A stretch of DNA of 64,000 nt from Spirochaetales bacterium (GTDB taxonomy: Bacteria; Spirochaetota; Spirochaetia; JABEVK01): positions 1-64,000 of the forward strand of contig JBAXAI010000011.1 in NCBI GenBank assembly GCA_037142615.1, written 5' to 3'. Below, piece by piece: positions 29,999-40,587 of the stretch. Each line of letters begins with the position of its first letter. Position 1 is the first letter of the stretch. Position numbers and translations under genes: made by a program. A model generated the notes under the pieces. That model saw nothing but the letters and a program-made list of their open reading frames with translations. It was not told where the DNA came from and made no database searches.

Positions 29999-32063
29999 AA
30001 CGAAGATGCTGACCCCGGAGGAGCTCAAACGGGCTATCGCCCAGGTGCTGGCGGGCAAGGAACCGCCGCAGGTCCGCGATGTGGAATAGCTGTTTGAAAA
30101 GTTCAACATTTATCATCAGGAGCTCGAGTACCAGAATGAAGAGTTGCGGCGCATCACCACCAAACTGGAAGAAACCGAGCTCTATTACAGCGACCTGTAC
30201 GAAAACGCGCCGGTAGCGTATGTCACCTTTGATCAGGGCTTTGCCATTCGCTCCGGAAACCGGGCCTTTCGAGCCCTGTTCGGCCTCGATCGGCTGGAAC
30301 TGACCCGGCAACCTGTTACCGCCTACCTGGCCCCTGCCAGTCAGGACGAGTTTTACCTTCACACACGCCCGCTCTGGAAGGGGAACCCCGTAGCGGCCTG
30401 CCAGGTTGAAATCACCCATGGAACGAACAGGCGCTATTTCAAGGTGGAGAGCAATCTGTCCAAGATCGGCGGTGAGGCGCTCATCCGCAGCCTGTTCGTC
30501 GATGTGACCAAAGAGGTAGAAACTGAAGCGCTCCTTCGCGTCAGCGAGGAAAGGTTCGTGAGTGTGGTCGAGGCCGCCACCGATGGCATTCTGATCGCTG
30601 ACAGCCACGGCAGGCTCCTCGTGTGGAACGCGGCGATGGAATCAATCACCGGCTTTGGCCATGAGACCATGGTAGGCGCGTTCGTTTGGGATGCCCAATA
30701 TGCGATGGCCCCCAAGGCCCTGAAAATCCCCGGCGGCCTGGCAAAACTCGAGGAGCAGAACCGGGGCTTTCTGGCCGCCCTCAAGGAAGGGGCCCCGCCT
30801 GTCGCCCACGAACAGAAGATCGAGAAGGCCGACGGTTCGGCCGCAGTCATCGAGTTCACCGTGTTCCCCATGAAGCTCAAAGGCGAAGTGCTGTTCGGTG
30901 GCCTTTTCCGCGACCTGACGTATTCGCGAGGGCTCGAGGTGCAGTTGGCCGAGGCTAGGAAAAACGAGGCCATCGGACTGCTGGCGGGGGGCATCGCCCA
31001 CGACTTCAATAACCTTCTCGGGGGAATCCTGGGGCGTGTCGAGCTCGCCAAGACCCGGGAAGGGCTCTCGGAAACACTCGAGAAGGACCTGAGGCAGATT
31101 GAGCAAGCCGCCAAACGCTCTGCCGCCATTACGGGTCAGTTGCTGGCCTACGCCCGCAGGCAAATCGCCACACCGATGGTCGTCGACTTAGGTGAGGTGG
31201 TGCACGGCCTGCTGCCAGCCCTGAGGCGGCTACTTTCACCCCAAATCCGCTTGGAGTTTGTGGCTCCGCCAGGGCCAGCCACCATCCTGATGGACACCGA
31301 CCAGCTTGACCAGATCGTCACGGCGGTGTGCCGCAACGCGTCCGAGGCCATCCGAGGCGCCGGCAAGGTCACTCTGGCCGTCCGCTTGAATGCAGGTGGC
31401 GATAAGGCTCTGCTCACGGTTACCGACACGGGCCACGGCATGGACGACGCGACGCTCAAGAGCGCGTTTGAGCCGTTCTTCTCGACCAAACCCATGGGCC
31501 ACGGCGTGGGGCTCGGGTTGGCCACAGTGCAGGGAATTGTGTTCCAAAACGGCGGCGGGGTTCAGCTCAGGAGCGCACCCGGGCAGGGCACGACGGTCGA
31601 GTTCAGTTTCCCGGCGCACGCCGTACCGCCCGATACCCCCAGCTCGTCCGCAATACAGCCAGCCGACATTGACCGCCCAACCCAGGGGTCCGAGGCCTTG
31701 CAACGGGTCCTGATCGTCGATGACGAGCCCGACATTCTCGAGTTTCTCGTCGAGATCGTCGCGTCGCTGGGGTTTGCGGTTTCCGGGGCAGAGAGTGCCG
31801 AGGCGGCTCTGTCGCTGGTGAGCGCCGACGGCGGCAAGTTTGACCTGCTTGTCACGGACGTGATGATGCCGGGCAAGAATGGCCACCAACTGGCCCAGGA
31901 ACTCGTGGCCGCCAGTCCGGGTCTTGCCGTTCTGTACATGTCGGGCTTTTCGGGCGATGTGCTGGCCGAAAAAGGTATTCTTGCCGCCGAGCTCAACTTC
32001 CTGCAGAAGCCGTTCACCTTGGCCGAAGTGTCCAGAAAAGTGGCGGGCGTGCTGCAACATTGA
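29991..32063 (+). pseudogene. PAS hybrid sensor kinase/response regulator with in-frame TAG at 30087-30089
   Basis: Frame continuous from GTG 29991 through TAG to QELEYQNEELR; GIAHDFNN, PFFSTK, C-terminal REC domain. Confidence 0.75.
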
Positions 32064-32094
32064 CTTGGTTTCCAAATGTTGCAACAATGGAGCT

Positions 32095-32427
32095 GTGGAT
32101 GCCGCCCAAACCGCCCGGCTCGAGCAAAGTGCCGAGCTTTTCAAAGCCCTTGGCCACCCTATGCGCTTGGCCATGCTCGAAAAACTCAAAGGCCAGCCTT
32201 GGTGCGTCTGTGACATCGCGAGCTCGCTGGGTCTGAACAAGTCCATCGCGTCCAAGCACCTTTCGCAACTTCACGATGTTGGTCTGCTCGACGTGGAAAA
32301 GCAGGGCACGAAGGTCATTTACACCCTGGCGGCTCCCGAGCTTGTCGATCTTGGGGCGATCGGCCAAGAGGCCCTTGCGAAGCAGAAGCTGCGTCGCGAG
32401 GGCCAAAGGTCGACTGCTCCGGCCTAA
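32095..32427 (+). CDS. ArsR/SmtB family regulator
   Basis: FKALGHPMRL, CVCDI, SKHLSQL, KQGTKVIY. Confidence 0.88.
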   Translation: MDAAQTARLEQSAELFKALGHPMRLAMLEKLKGQPWCVCDIASSLGLNKSIASKHLSQLHDVGLLDVEKQGTKVIYTLAAPELVDLGAIGQEALAKQKLRREGQRSTAPA

Positions 32428-32945
32428 CTTCGGCCGTTGCCACCACCATTGCCACCGCCGTTCCCGCCGCCGCCTTGAAACGCGCGCAGGTGGTTTTCCG
32501 AGCCGCGCTTGAGTTCCTCAAACACGGTGCGAACCTCTGCAGGGAGCGTGGCCTTCAGGAACTTGTCGTACATGGCAATATTCAGCTGCTCGGCTTCGAC
32601 TCCCACAGCCAACGCCTTGGCCCAGTCAGCGGGCGTCAGCGTGACGGCCTTGGGGGCAACAGGCATCGGCAGGCCGTTGCCCGCGAACAGCGGTGTCAGC
32701 CAGGTGATGTGGTTCTGTTCCGTGGTCACGATGTTGGCGAACGGGCGCTGGTCGGGCCACTTCTTGAGGATGGCTTCGTACTCGGCCTTGGCGGCCCACT
32801 CGTCTTGGATGGCGTAGGTCAGCATTTGCGCCAGAGTAGGGTTTTTCACCTCGGCCGCTGCGGCCCAACCGGTTTTGTCGGCCCCGAACAGGGGCAAGGT
32901 CGCCAGCAGCAACGCTGCGGCAAGGTTCAGTCTTGTGGTCTTCAT
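32424..32945 (-). CDS. exported ferritin-like (DUF2202-like) protein
   Basis: Signal peptide; YAIQDE, PFANI..EQNH, NIAMY, SENHLRAF; Gly/Asn tail. Confidence 0.8.
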   Translation of the reverse strand: MKTTRLNLAAALLLATLPLFGADKTGWAAAAEVKNPTLAQMLTYAIQDEWAAKAEYEAILKKWPDQRPFANIVTTEQNHITWLTPLFAGNGLPMPVAPKAVTLTPADWAKALAVGVEAEQLNIAMYDKFLKATLPAEVRTVFEELKRGSENHLRAFQGGGGNGGGNGGGNGRS

Positions 32946-32962
32946 GATTCGTTCCTTCCTTT

Positions 32963-34189
32963 TCACTTCATTTCCGTTTCGGCGCTGACGTAGCCTTGGA
33001 TTCCCAGCTTTTCGGCGACAAACACGCGCACGTCGCCGGTGGCAAACGTTCCCAGCGCATTGGCGGAGTCCTTGATGGGCTTTTCGAGGTCAGCCTCGGT
33101 GATGCCGAACTTTTCGACAAAGGCATGGCGTTCGATGCCGGTCAGGTCGGCGACCTCGGCGAACGTGTTCTTGCCCTTGATCAGGTCGGGATCAAACGCA
33201 GGCATCTCGACGCTGGCAGCCAAGGTTGGGCCGCCGGAGCCACGCGCTTCTTCGGCTAAACTCAACGTGCTCGTATGGAACCACCCGGGAATAGCCGTCA
33301 GCGCGACGACGCCGAAGAACACGACGACAGTCGCCAAGGTCAGGAACAGCGGACTGATCTTGGTGTTCTTCGGGCCAGCAAACGCGAGGGTATCCTTGAC
33401 GGGGCAAGCGTTGACGCAAAGCCCGCAGGCCAGGCATTCGGCGCTGGTGACGTCTTTCACCTTGGACACGGGAAGGTCGACGGGGCAGACTTTGTCGCAC
33501 TTGCCGCAGTCGATGCACTTGGTTTCGTCGCGGCGCACCCGGTACAGGCCCAGTTTGCTCACCAGACCGTACATGGCGCCCATGGGGCAAAGGTACTTGC
33601 AGAAGAAGCGGTCGTAGAACAGGCTGGCGATCAGCGATCCGATCAGGATCAGCGCGCCGACCCAGAAGCCTGTCCAAACCTCGGCACTGCTCAGGTGCAT
33701 GAACGCCACCCAAGGGTCGTAGGGGCGAACCACGAGCGTGCCCGCTATCCAGGTCAGTGCGGTAAGGCCGGCCAAGACCACGTACTTGAGCCAGCGAAGC
33801 GGCATGTCGACGACGGCGGGCAGCTTGAACTTGCGGCCGAAGAGCTTTTTGCCGATGCCGGCCGAAGCACCCTGCAGGGCACCGAGCGGGCAAAGTTGGC
33901 CGCAGAAAGCGCGGCGAAACAAGATGGTGATGCCGATCGAGGCGACCAGCAAGATGAAACTCGAGGCCGCAATCTTGGTCATCAGGTCGCCGGTGGTGGC
34001 GAACATCCACAAGGCTTCCAGGCCGCCGAAGGGGCACAGTGCGTCGACGCCCGGTGGGGTCATCCCGAACAAGGGATGCTGGTGCAGATAACCAACGGTG
34101 GCGAGCAAAACCGTCACGGAGCCGAGGACGATCCAGCGCACCCAGCGGTGGCGGCTTTGTCGGGCTTTGTAGGTTTGGATGGGTGTCAT
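32963..34189 (-). CDS. membrane polyferredoxin (YccM/NapH-like 4Fe-4S protein)
   Basis: CPFGG, FCGQLCP, FCKYLCP, two CxxCxxCxxxCP motifs. Confidence 0.88.
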   Translation of the reverse strand: MTPIQTYKARQSRHRWVRWIVLGSVTVLLATVGYLHQHPLFGMTPPGVDALCPFGGLEALWMFATTGDLMTKIAASSFILLVASIGITILFRRAFCGQLCPLGALQGASAGIGKKLFGRKFKLPAVVDMPLRWLKYVVLAGLTALTWIAGTLVVRPYDPWVAFMHLSSAEVWTGFWVGALILIGSLIASLFYDRFFCKYLCPMGAMYGLVSKLGLYRVRRDETKCIDCGKCDKVCPVDLPVSKVKDVTSAECLACGLCVNACPVKDTLAFAGPKNTKISPLFLTLATVVVFFGVVALTAIPGWFHTSTLSLAEEARGSGGPTLAASVEMPAFDPDLIKGKNTFAEVADLTGIERHAFVEKFGITEADLEKPIKDSANALGTFATGDVRVFVAEKLGIQGYVSAETEMK

Positions 34190-34404
34190 GGTGAAACTCC
34201 TGCCTCCACCTTGCAACCGGCGTGCCAAAAGTTGATCTGCATGAACATCTATCTTTGATGAATATACAACTTTTGGTATATTACCAATCTGGTCGGGTGT
34301 GAAAAACCTTCCGAGCGTCGGCGTGTCGGGAAGTTTTTGCCCATGAAGGGTAGTGGTGGACGGGCGCCGGATCGAAGCCTATGCTGGGGACAAGGAAGGT
34401 GGCC

Positions 34405-34821
34405 ATGATCGAACGCCGTCAAAAGCACTCGTTGTTCAGTTCGCTCCCCCGTCGTCTCATCAGCTGGTCGGAATCCTTCGGCTTGGGGGTGGTGTTTGTG
34501 GCCACCATGATCTCGGTGGGTCAGGAAGTCTGGCACATGATCGAAGCCCAAACGGTCGCGCTGGGCGACCTGCTGCTGCTATTCATCTTCCTCGAGGTCA
34601 TCTCGATGGTGGGAATCTACTACATGTCGCACCGGGTTCCGGTCCGCTACCCGATCTACATCGCCATCACGGCCCTCGCGCGCTACCTTATCCTCGACGC
34701 CAAGTCACTCGACCCTTGGGGACTCCTGGCGGTGGGGGGCACGATTCTGGTGCTGGCCGGCACTGTCTTGCTGATCCGGTACGGCCAAACCAAGTTCCCC
34801 TACAAGGAAGAAGAGTCCTGA
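34405..34821 (+). CDS. psiE: phosphate-starvation-inducible PsiE family protein
   Basis: DLLLLFIFLE, PVRYPIYIAITALAR. Confidence 0.85.
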   Translation: MIERRQKHSLFSSLPRRLISWSESFGLGVVFVATMISVGQEVWHMIEAQTVALGDLLLLFIFLEVISMVGIYYMSHRVPVRYPIYIAITALARYLILDAKSLDPWGLLAVGGTILVLAGTVLLIRYGQTKFPYKEEES

Positions 34822-34824
34822 GCC

Positions 34825-36171
34825 TCATTTGTGCAGGCGACTGAGACTGTACACCGCGGCCAAGCCCAAGACGGCAGCGGCGACCAGATAGATGGCGGTC
34901 GCGCTGGTGTAGAAGGCCGAAACCTCCAGCGTCGAAGCGGGACCATGAAGCCAGACAAACGCCGTTCCCGACAGCGAGATTCCGGCGGCCGTTCCCAGGT
35001 TGCGCGCCAATTGCGTGAACCCGGTGGCCGAACCCAAGAGGTTCTTCGGGGCCGCGCCCATGAGAGCGCTGTTGTTCGGCGACTGGAACACGCCCATCGA
35101 GAAGCCCATGAGGGACAGACCTCCGATGACCGCGAAGGGCGACCACCACGGGCCGACGAGGGCCAGAAGGAGCAGGCCCACCGCCCCGACGAACAACCCC
35201 AGCGTGGCGAGCTTCACCGAGCCGAAACGGTCCGAGAGCTTGCCGCTCACCGGTGACACCACCGCCATCACGATGGGAAACGCCATCATCGCCAGCCCAG
35301 TGACCGCCGGACCCCACCCCTGCACCACCTGAAAATAGAACGGAACAAGCACGGTGGGCGTGTACAGCGCCAAAAAGGCAACCAGCGAGAGCCCCCACGA
35401 CGAGGAGAACTTCGGGTTGGCGAACAGTTCCAGCCGCAAGATGGGGTGCTTGGCGCGGCGTTCCCAGACCAGAAAGACCACCAGCAGCGCCAGGGCCACG
35501 AGTTCCCACTCCCACTGGTTCAAGCCCAAGCCGAAGCTGACGATGGCCGCCGCCAGCAGGGCCGCCCCGAACCAGTCGAGCGCAAACTTCGCCGTCGCGA
35601 CTTTGGCGTCGTGAGGAATGTGGAACGCCGAGGCTGCCCAACCCGCTGCGGCCACGGCCGCCGACAGATAGAACACGCTGCGCCAGCCGGCCGCGCCGAT
35701 GAGCAGGCCGCCCAGAGCAGGGCCGAGGATGCTCCCCAGCGCCCCCACGGTGGTCAGCAGACCCAGGTTCCGCCCGCGTTGCGAGGCCGGGTGGTGCTCC
35801 GTCGCCAGCGCCATCCCGTTGGCAATGATCATGGCGCCCCCCAAACCCTGCAAAATGCGGGACACGACAAGCAGCGGCAAGTTCGGCGCCCAGGTGCTCA
35901 GCAGCGAGAACAGCGAGAGGAGCAGAAAACCCAGGTTGAAGATCTTCTTGCGTCCAATCTGGTCGGCCAGACTGCCGAGCAAGGGCAGCAACGCCGAGAT
36001 CGACAGCAGGTACACCGACGCCACCCACTGGATGCCGCCGGGGGTGGTGTGAAACTCGGCAGCCATCGACGGCAGCCCGACGTTGACGATGCCGGCGTCG
36101 AGCATCGAGAGAAAAGGCCCAAACATGATGGTGGGCAAAATCCAGCGGTTCACAGGTTTCTCTTCAGACAT
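34825..36171 (-). CDS. MFS transporter, DHA2 (EmrB/QacA-like), copy 1
   Basis: LDAGIVNVGLP, LADQIGRKK, SRILQGLG, GPALGG, FQSPNN. Confidence 0.9.
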   Translation of the reverse strand: MSEEKPVNRWILPTIMFGPFLSMLDAGIVNVGLPSMAAEFHTTPGGIQWVASVYLLSISALLPLLGSLADQIGRKKIFNLGFLLLSLFSLLSTWAPNLPLLVVSRILQGLGGAMIIANGMALATEHHPASQRGRNLGLLTTVGALGSILGPALGGLLIGAAGWRSVFYLSAAVAAAGWAASAFHIPHDAKVATAKFALDWFGAALLAAAIVSFGLGLNQWEWELVALALLVVFLVWERRAKHPILRLELFANPKFSSSWGLSLVAFLALYTPTVLVPFYFQVVQGWGPAVTGLAMMAFPIVMAVVSPVSGKLSDRFGSVKLATLGLFVGAVGLLLLALVGPWWSPFAVIGGLSLMGFSMGVFQSPNNSALMGAAPKNLLGSATGFTQLARNLGTAAGISLSGTAFVWLHGPASTLEVSAFYTSATAIYLVAAAVLGLAAVYSLSRLHK

Positions 36172-36217
36172 GGACTTCTCCATCGTAAGAATATAATATA
36201 TATCCTATATAGGAGAA
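36172..36217. promoter_or_regulatory. AT-rich divergent intergenic region with TCCTATATAGGA palindrome
   Basis: Near-identical segment at 43040-43088; palindrome overlaps the rhodanese RBS. Confidence 0.55.
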
Positions 36218-36607
36218 ATGATGAAGTACCTTCAACTTGTGGCCTTGCTGCTTCTGCTGCCGTTTGTCCTCGCGGCCCAAGCCAAGATCGACGAGCCCGC
36301 GCTCAAGGCTCTTTTGGCCAAGGACAAAGCAGTCGTCGTCCTCGATGTGCGGACGCTTGACGAGTACGTGGCAGGCCACCTGGAGGTGGCCAAGTTGCTC
36401 CCCTACGACGCCATCGACGCGAAGTCGGCGGCGCAGGTGGTCCCCAAGAAGGCGACCACCGTCGTCGTGTATTGCCACTCGGGCCGCCGAAGCGCGCTCG
36501 CGGCACAAACTCTCAAGGAGCTCGGTTATACCAACGTGCTCGACATCGGCGGTCTGGCCAACTGGAAAGGTAAACTGGCGACCGGCGCGCCGGCGAAGGC
36601 GCGCTAG
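36218..36607 (+). CDS. exported rhodanese-like protein, copy 1
   Basis: Signal peptide; LDVRT..EY..GHL, YCHSGRRS active-site loop. Confidence 0.9.
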   Translation: MMKYLQLVALLLLLPFVLAAQAKIDEPALKALLAKDKAVVVLDVRTLDEYVAGHLEVAKLLPYDAIDAKSAAQVVPKKATTVVVYCHSGRRSALAAQTLKELGYTNVLDIGGLANWKGKLATGAPAKAR

Positions 36608-36621
36608 ACTGGCCTTTGGCC

Positions 36622-38565
36622 CTACGGGTACGTCGTGACGTCGCTGGCCGACAGCGCAGTTACCCCCAGCGCCGAGGCTTCGGCGTCGAGCTGAGCCTGG
36701 GCAAGCCCGGTGGCCTGGCGAGCAAGGGCGGTGGCCGCCAAGTCACCGAGCGAGGCATCGACGGTCGCGAGCAGCGTGGCGGTGGCGGTGTCGGGCAAGG
36801 CAAACCCCGGGGGAATCGCTGCCGTGGTGCTGACGACGTACGAAGCCGTGCTGCTTCGGGTCTTGGTCGAGGCGTCCCAGGCCCAGAAGGTCTTGTTGTG
36901 CAAGGCGTTCGACACTTCCAGGTCGCCGAGCCACGGAGCAAACCCCACATCGGTCGTCCGCAACGACGTGCCCGTCTGCGGTTTCTCGAGCCAGTACTGG
37001 AAAGTCGATACCGTCGAGCTCGAGCCGCTGGGACCAGTCACCGTCTCGGTACCCTTCTCCTGCTGGCGAATCACGTAGTTAAGGCTGGTGAGCGCCGCCG
37101 AGAGGCGGAGTGTCTTCAGCGGGAACACGCTGTGCTGAAAGTAGGTGCCGCTGTCGCCGGTGTAGCCCGAGCTGGCCGCCGCGCTGTTGGTAAAGTCCAG
37201 GCTGTAGGTGTAGTCGGTGTAGCCCGAACCGGCGTTGTAGTTGCTGCCGTCGGATTCCGAACTGAAGTACACCCGGTCGCCTTGTGCCCAGGGTGAAGCG
37301 GTGCGGTATACCACGATCCACGGCACGAGATGGGAGTTGCCCGACGAGAAGAGCGTTGTCCACGGGTCGGCGCTCGAGGCGCGGTAGAGCAACTGGGTAA
37401 CCGTGCGAGCCCCGGCCGTACTCCCGGACGTACTCCAGCTCTCGGACGCGCGGAGCTGGAACGTGTCCGCAGGCGATATCGAGTAGTCCTTGAGGTTGAG
37501 AAACTTCTGGTTGGCACTGACGCCGTCGTCGAGCTTGTCGAGAAAGCCGAACTCGCTGCCACGCGCACTCGAGGCGATCTTTTCGCGCAGCAGCTCACCG
37601 GTGCCGTCGTACACTTCTGACCGGTACTGCGTCAGGTCGGTGTTGCCATCGGTCCACGAGCCCTTGGCCAGCACGCCGCCCTGAGCGCCGTCGCCCCAGG
37701 CCGCATTGAACGAGTCGGCGGTGACCTGCACGTACGAGGTTCCGCTCGAACCCATTGTCACTTTTTGGTACTGGCCCGAAGTCTGGTTGGCGACGCTGTT
37801 GCTGTTGGTGACAGGGTCGAACACCACCGTTTGGGTACCGGTGGAGGCGTCGTACAGGCCCCGGAGCGAAACCGTGAATACCGTGCCGCTGGGGTAAGTG
37901 TTCCCGTTGCCGTCGTCGGCCGAAGTCGTGAGCGTGCGGGTACCAAGGAAGGCCACCTTGGCAACCAAGCTAGGCGGTGTGTTGGCCGAGGTGAGCACCA
38001 AATGCAGGTAGTAGTCGTAGGTATCGGCGGCGGCGGCAGCGCTCGAATCGGGCAACCGGCAGTGGCCGTCGCCGCTGAAGTGCCATTTGATGGCGAGCTG
38101 ATCGCCGTCACTCGTGATCTTGGTAACTACCAGCTTGCCGGCGCCGAACTTTTTCGGGACGCCAAGGATGGCGGCCTGGTCCTCGGTGACGGTAACATCC
38201 CCCAGGCTCACGGTCGAGTCGTAGGTCATCTCGGTGAGGCCAGCCATCCCTTGCTGGAACGCCAACAAGATGTTCGACAGCACGCTCTCGGCGAGTTCCT
38301 TCTGGAGCCGGACGTAACCCTCGGAGCGCACTCCGGGCAACGCGGTGGGGTCGAGCGTCGACACGTCGCCGACGGCCCGCAGGGCGGATTTCGTCCAGGC
38401 GGTGGTACCGTCACGCAGGCTGACAGGTAACAGCGCCTGGCCGACGGGGATCGAATTGATGGCCGCCGTCAACGTTGAAAGGGCCGTCGAGTTGCCTCCC
38501 AACGAGCAGGAACTCAGGGCCAGAGCGAGGCCAAAGAACAGGGTAAGGGTCTTGGAAAACTGCAT
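36622..38565 (-). CDS. Ser/Thr-rich hypothetical lipoprotein, copy 1
   Basis: Lipobox ALSSC; 647 aa; homologous copy at 43479-44895. Confidence 0.8.
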   Translation of the reverse strand: MQFSKTLTLFFGLALALSSCSLGGNSTALSTLTAAINSIPVGQALLPVSLRDGTTAWTKSALRAVGDVSTLDPTALPGVRSEGYVRLQKELAESVLSNILLAFQQGMAGLTEMTYDSTVSLGDVTVTEDQAAILGVPKKFGAGKLVVTKITSDGDQLAIKWHFSGDGHCRLPDSSAAAAADTYDYYLHLVLTSANTPPSLVAKVAFLGTRTLTTSADDGNGNTYPSGTVFTVSLRGLYDASTGTQTVVFDPVTNSNSVANQTSGQYQKVTMGSSGTSYVQVTADSFNAAWGDGAQGGVLAKGSWTDGNTDLTQYRSEVYDGTGELLREKIASSARGSEFGFLDKLDDGVSANQKFLNLKDYSISPADTFQLRASESWSTSGSTAGARTVTQLLYRASSADPWTTLFSSGNSHLVPWIVVYRTASPWAQGDRVYFSSESDGSNYNAGSGYTDYTYSLDFTNSAAASSGYTGDSGTYFQHSVFPLKTLRLSAALTSLNYVIRQQEKGTETVTGPSGSSSTVSTFQYWLEKPQTGTSLRTTDVGFAPWLGDLEVSNALHNKTFWAWDASTKTRSSTASYVVSTTAAIPPGFALPDTATATLLATVDASLGDLAATALARQATGLAQAQLDAEASALGVTALSASDVTTYP

Positions 38566-38601
38566 AGTTTGCTCCTTACCCTCAAGGCTAAAATCGCAAT
38601 G

Positions 38602-39897
38602 TCACAGTTCCGTCGCATCGGGTTCCAAAGTTGGTCGCCGAAGCGTGAACTCAATGACCGTGCCTCGCCCCACTTCGCTCTGCAGAATCAACTCACCGCC
38701 GTGAGCCTTCACCAGGACCCGGACAATCCGCAGACCCAATCCGCTGTGATGGTCTTCGGGGTTCCGGGCCAAGTCGGCACGGTAAAAGGCTTCTCCCAAA
38801 AAAGGCAGGTGCTCGGCGGCGATGCCGCGTCCGGTGTCAGCCACCCCAAGGGTCACCACACTCCCGACCTCGAGGGTGACAGACACCTTGGCGCCCGTCC
38901 CGGCGTGCGAGATCGCGTTCGAGAGCAGATTCTCGAAGACTTGGGCCAAACGATCGGGGTCGGCCAGGACGAGCACCGGCGGACCCCCGGGAACCGGCCG
39001 CAAGTCGATCCCGGCCTTGAGGGCCGGCTCCGCGTAGGCCGCCCGGCACGAGACCGCCAGTTCCCTCGCGTCGACGGTTTGTAGCGTCAGCGGAAGTTCA
39101 TGCAGATCGAGCCGGGCCAGCTCGAGCATGTCGGTGACCAGGCGAAGCAGGCGTTCGGAAGTCGCCACGATGGAGCGCAGGGCCCTCGAACGGCGCACCG
39201 GATCGTCGGCCAAACCGTCCTGCAGGGCCCCCGTCATTGTCCTCAAGGTAGAAAGCGGGGTGCGGAACTCGTGCGCAACGTCGGCGAGAAACTGCCGCCG
39301 GGTTTGAGTCTCTCTTTCCAGGTCGCCAATCTGCTTCGAAACGCGGTCGCCCAGGAAGGTCAACGTGCGTCCGAGTTCGGCAAACTCGCCGGCGCCCTGA
39401 ATCTGGAGGTCGGGCCGAAAGTTCCCCTCGGTCATCGAGTGCGCCGCCTTCATCAACTTGGCCAGAGGCCGCGTGAACAGCAGGCTTGCCCAAATACCAA
39501 AAAGGAGGGCGATCACCAGGGCCATCACCGCCGACAGCGCCAAGTTCTTCGACTGCACCGCGATCTGCTCCGCCGAGAGGGGTTGAGGACCGTCGCGGGT
39601 GGCGGTGTCGAGGGCAGGCACGGTCGCGGTCAATGTGGATTCCCCGGGCAGCGACTTGTCGGGAGCGGGCAACCGGGCGGGATAGCCCATGAAGAACTCG
39701 GCAAGGCCGAACATTGGCTCGGCGAGTGGACGGGTGTACAACTCGGGGTGTTCGACCATCTGAGCGCGGTACGACATCAGCTGCAGGTAGGTCAAAAAGT
39801 GTTCTACACCAGCGCTCACCACCCAAGTCGAGACGATGGCAAGAACCAGCGCCGTCACCACTTGGGTGCGCACATCAATTTTGGGGACGAAACGCAT
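38602..39897 (-). CDS. HAMP sensor histidine kinase (BaeS-like), copy 1
   Basis: ADVAHEFRTPL, NLLSNA, DTGRGI, SGLGL. Confidence 0.92.
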   Translation of the reverse strand: MRFVPKIDVRTQVVTALVLAIVSTWVVSAGVEHFLTYLQLMSYRAQMVEHPELYTRPLAEPMFGLAEFFMGYPARLPAPDKSLPGESTLTATVPALDTATRDGPQPLSAEQIAVQSKNLALSAVMALVIALLFGIWASLLFTRPLAKLMKAAHSMTEGNFRPDLQIQGAGEFAELGRTLTFLGDRVSKQIGDLERETQTRRQFLADVAHEFRTPLSTLRTMTGALQDGLADDPVRRSRALRSIVATSERLLRLVTDMLELARLDLHELPLTLQTVDARELAVSCRAAYAEPALKAGIDLRPVPGGPPVLVLADPDRLAQVFENLLSNAISHAGTGAKVSVTLEVGSVVTLGVADTGRGIAAEHLPFLGEAFYRADLARNPEDHHSGLGLRIVRVLVKAHGGELILQSEVGRGTVIEFTLRRPTLEPDATEL

Positions 39898-40567
39898 ACC
39901 CTACCCCCCGAATGGTCACAATAGGAAAGTTCGCCAGGCCTGCCATCTCGAGCTTCTCACGCAGCCGGTAGACGAGGTTGTCGACCTGCCGGGAACCCAC
40001 GTGGTAGGTCTCGCCATCACCCCACGCCTGGTCGATCAGCACCTGGCGGGTATGGACCCGCTGCGGCGCCTTCACCAGGGTCACCAACACGTCGAACTCA
40101 AGGTTGGTCAGGACCACGTCTTTGCCCAACACGAGCACCCGATGTTCGCCCACCCAGATCTCGAGCGTCGACCAGCGGTAGGTCGCTTGCGCTAAAGGCA
40201 CCTGCGACGAGCGACGGAGCAGCGCCTTGATCCTCGAAACCACCTCGGCGGCCGAAAAAGGTTTGGTGACGTAGTCGTCGGCGCCTTTGTCGAGCGCCCT
40301 GACCTTGTCGATTTCCCCGTCCTTCGCCGACAGCATGAGGATGGGTACCTGGGAACGCCGACGAAGCTTTTCGCAGACGGTCACGCCATCGACCAAGGGC
40401 ATCATGATATCGAGAATGACGAGGGCGGGCTGCTCGGCGTCGAACCGGCGCAGCGCTTCGGCGCCGTCGGCGGCCAGCAGAACCTCGAAGCCAGCGGCCT
40501 CGAGGTACCAGCTCAGGCCCTCCGCAAGGTCGGTGTTGTCGTCAGCGACAAGGATGCGTTGGGACAA
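39875..40567 (-). CDS. OmpR-family response regulator, copy 1
   Basis: ILVADD, LDIMMP, GADDYVTKPF, TIRGVGY. Confidence 0.93.
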   Translation of the reverse strand: MSQRILVADDNTDLAEGLSWYLEAAGFEVLLAADGAEALRRFDAEQPALVILDIMMPLVDGVTVCEKLRRRSQVPILMLSAKDGEIDKVRALDKGADDYVTKPFSAAEVVSRIKALLRRSSQVPLAQATYRWSTLEIWVGEHRVLVLGKDVVLTNLEFDVLVTLVKAPQRVHTRQVLIDQAWGDGETYHVGSRQVDNLVYRLREKLEMAGLANFPIVTIRGVGYAFRPQN

Positions 40568-40587
40568 GGCTTTCCTCCTGTCGGGGC

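Noticed and set aside
30087-30089. Pyrrolysine or stop-codon reassignment
   Set aside because: TAG terminates many genes in this window normally; no pyl genes seen.
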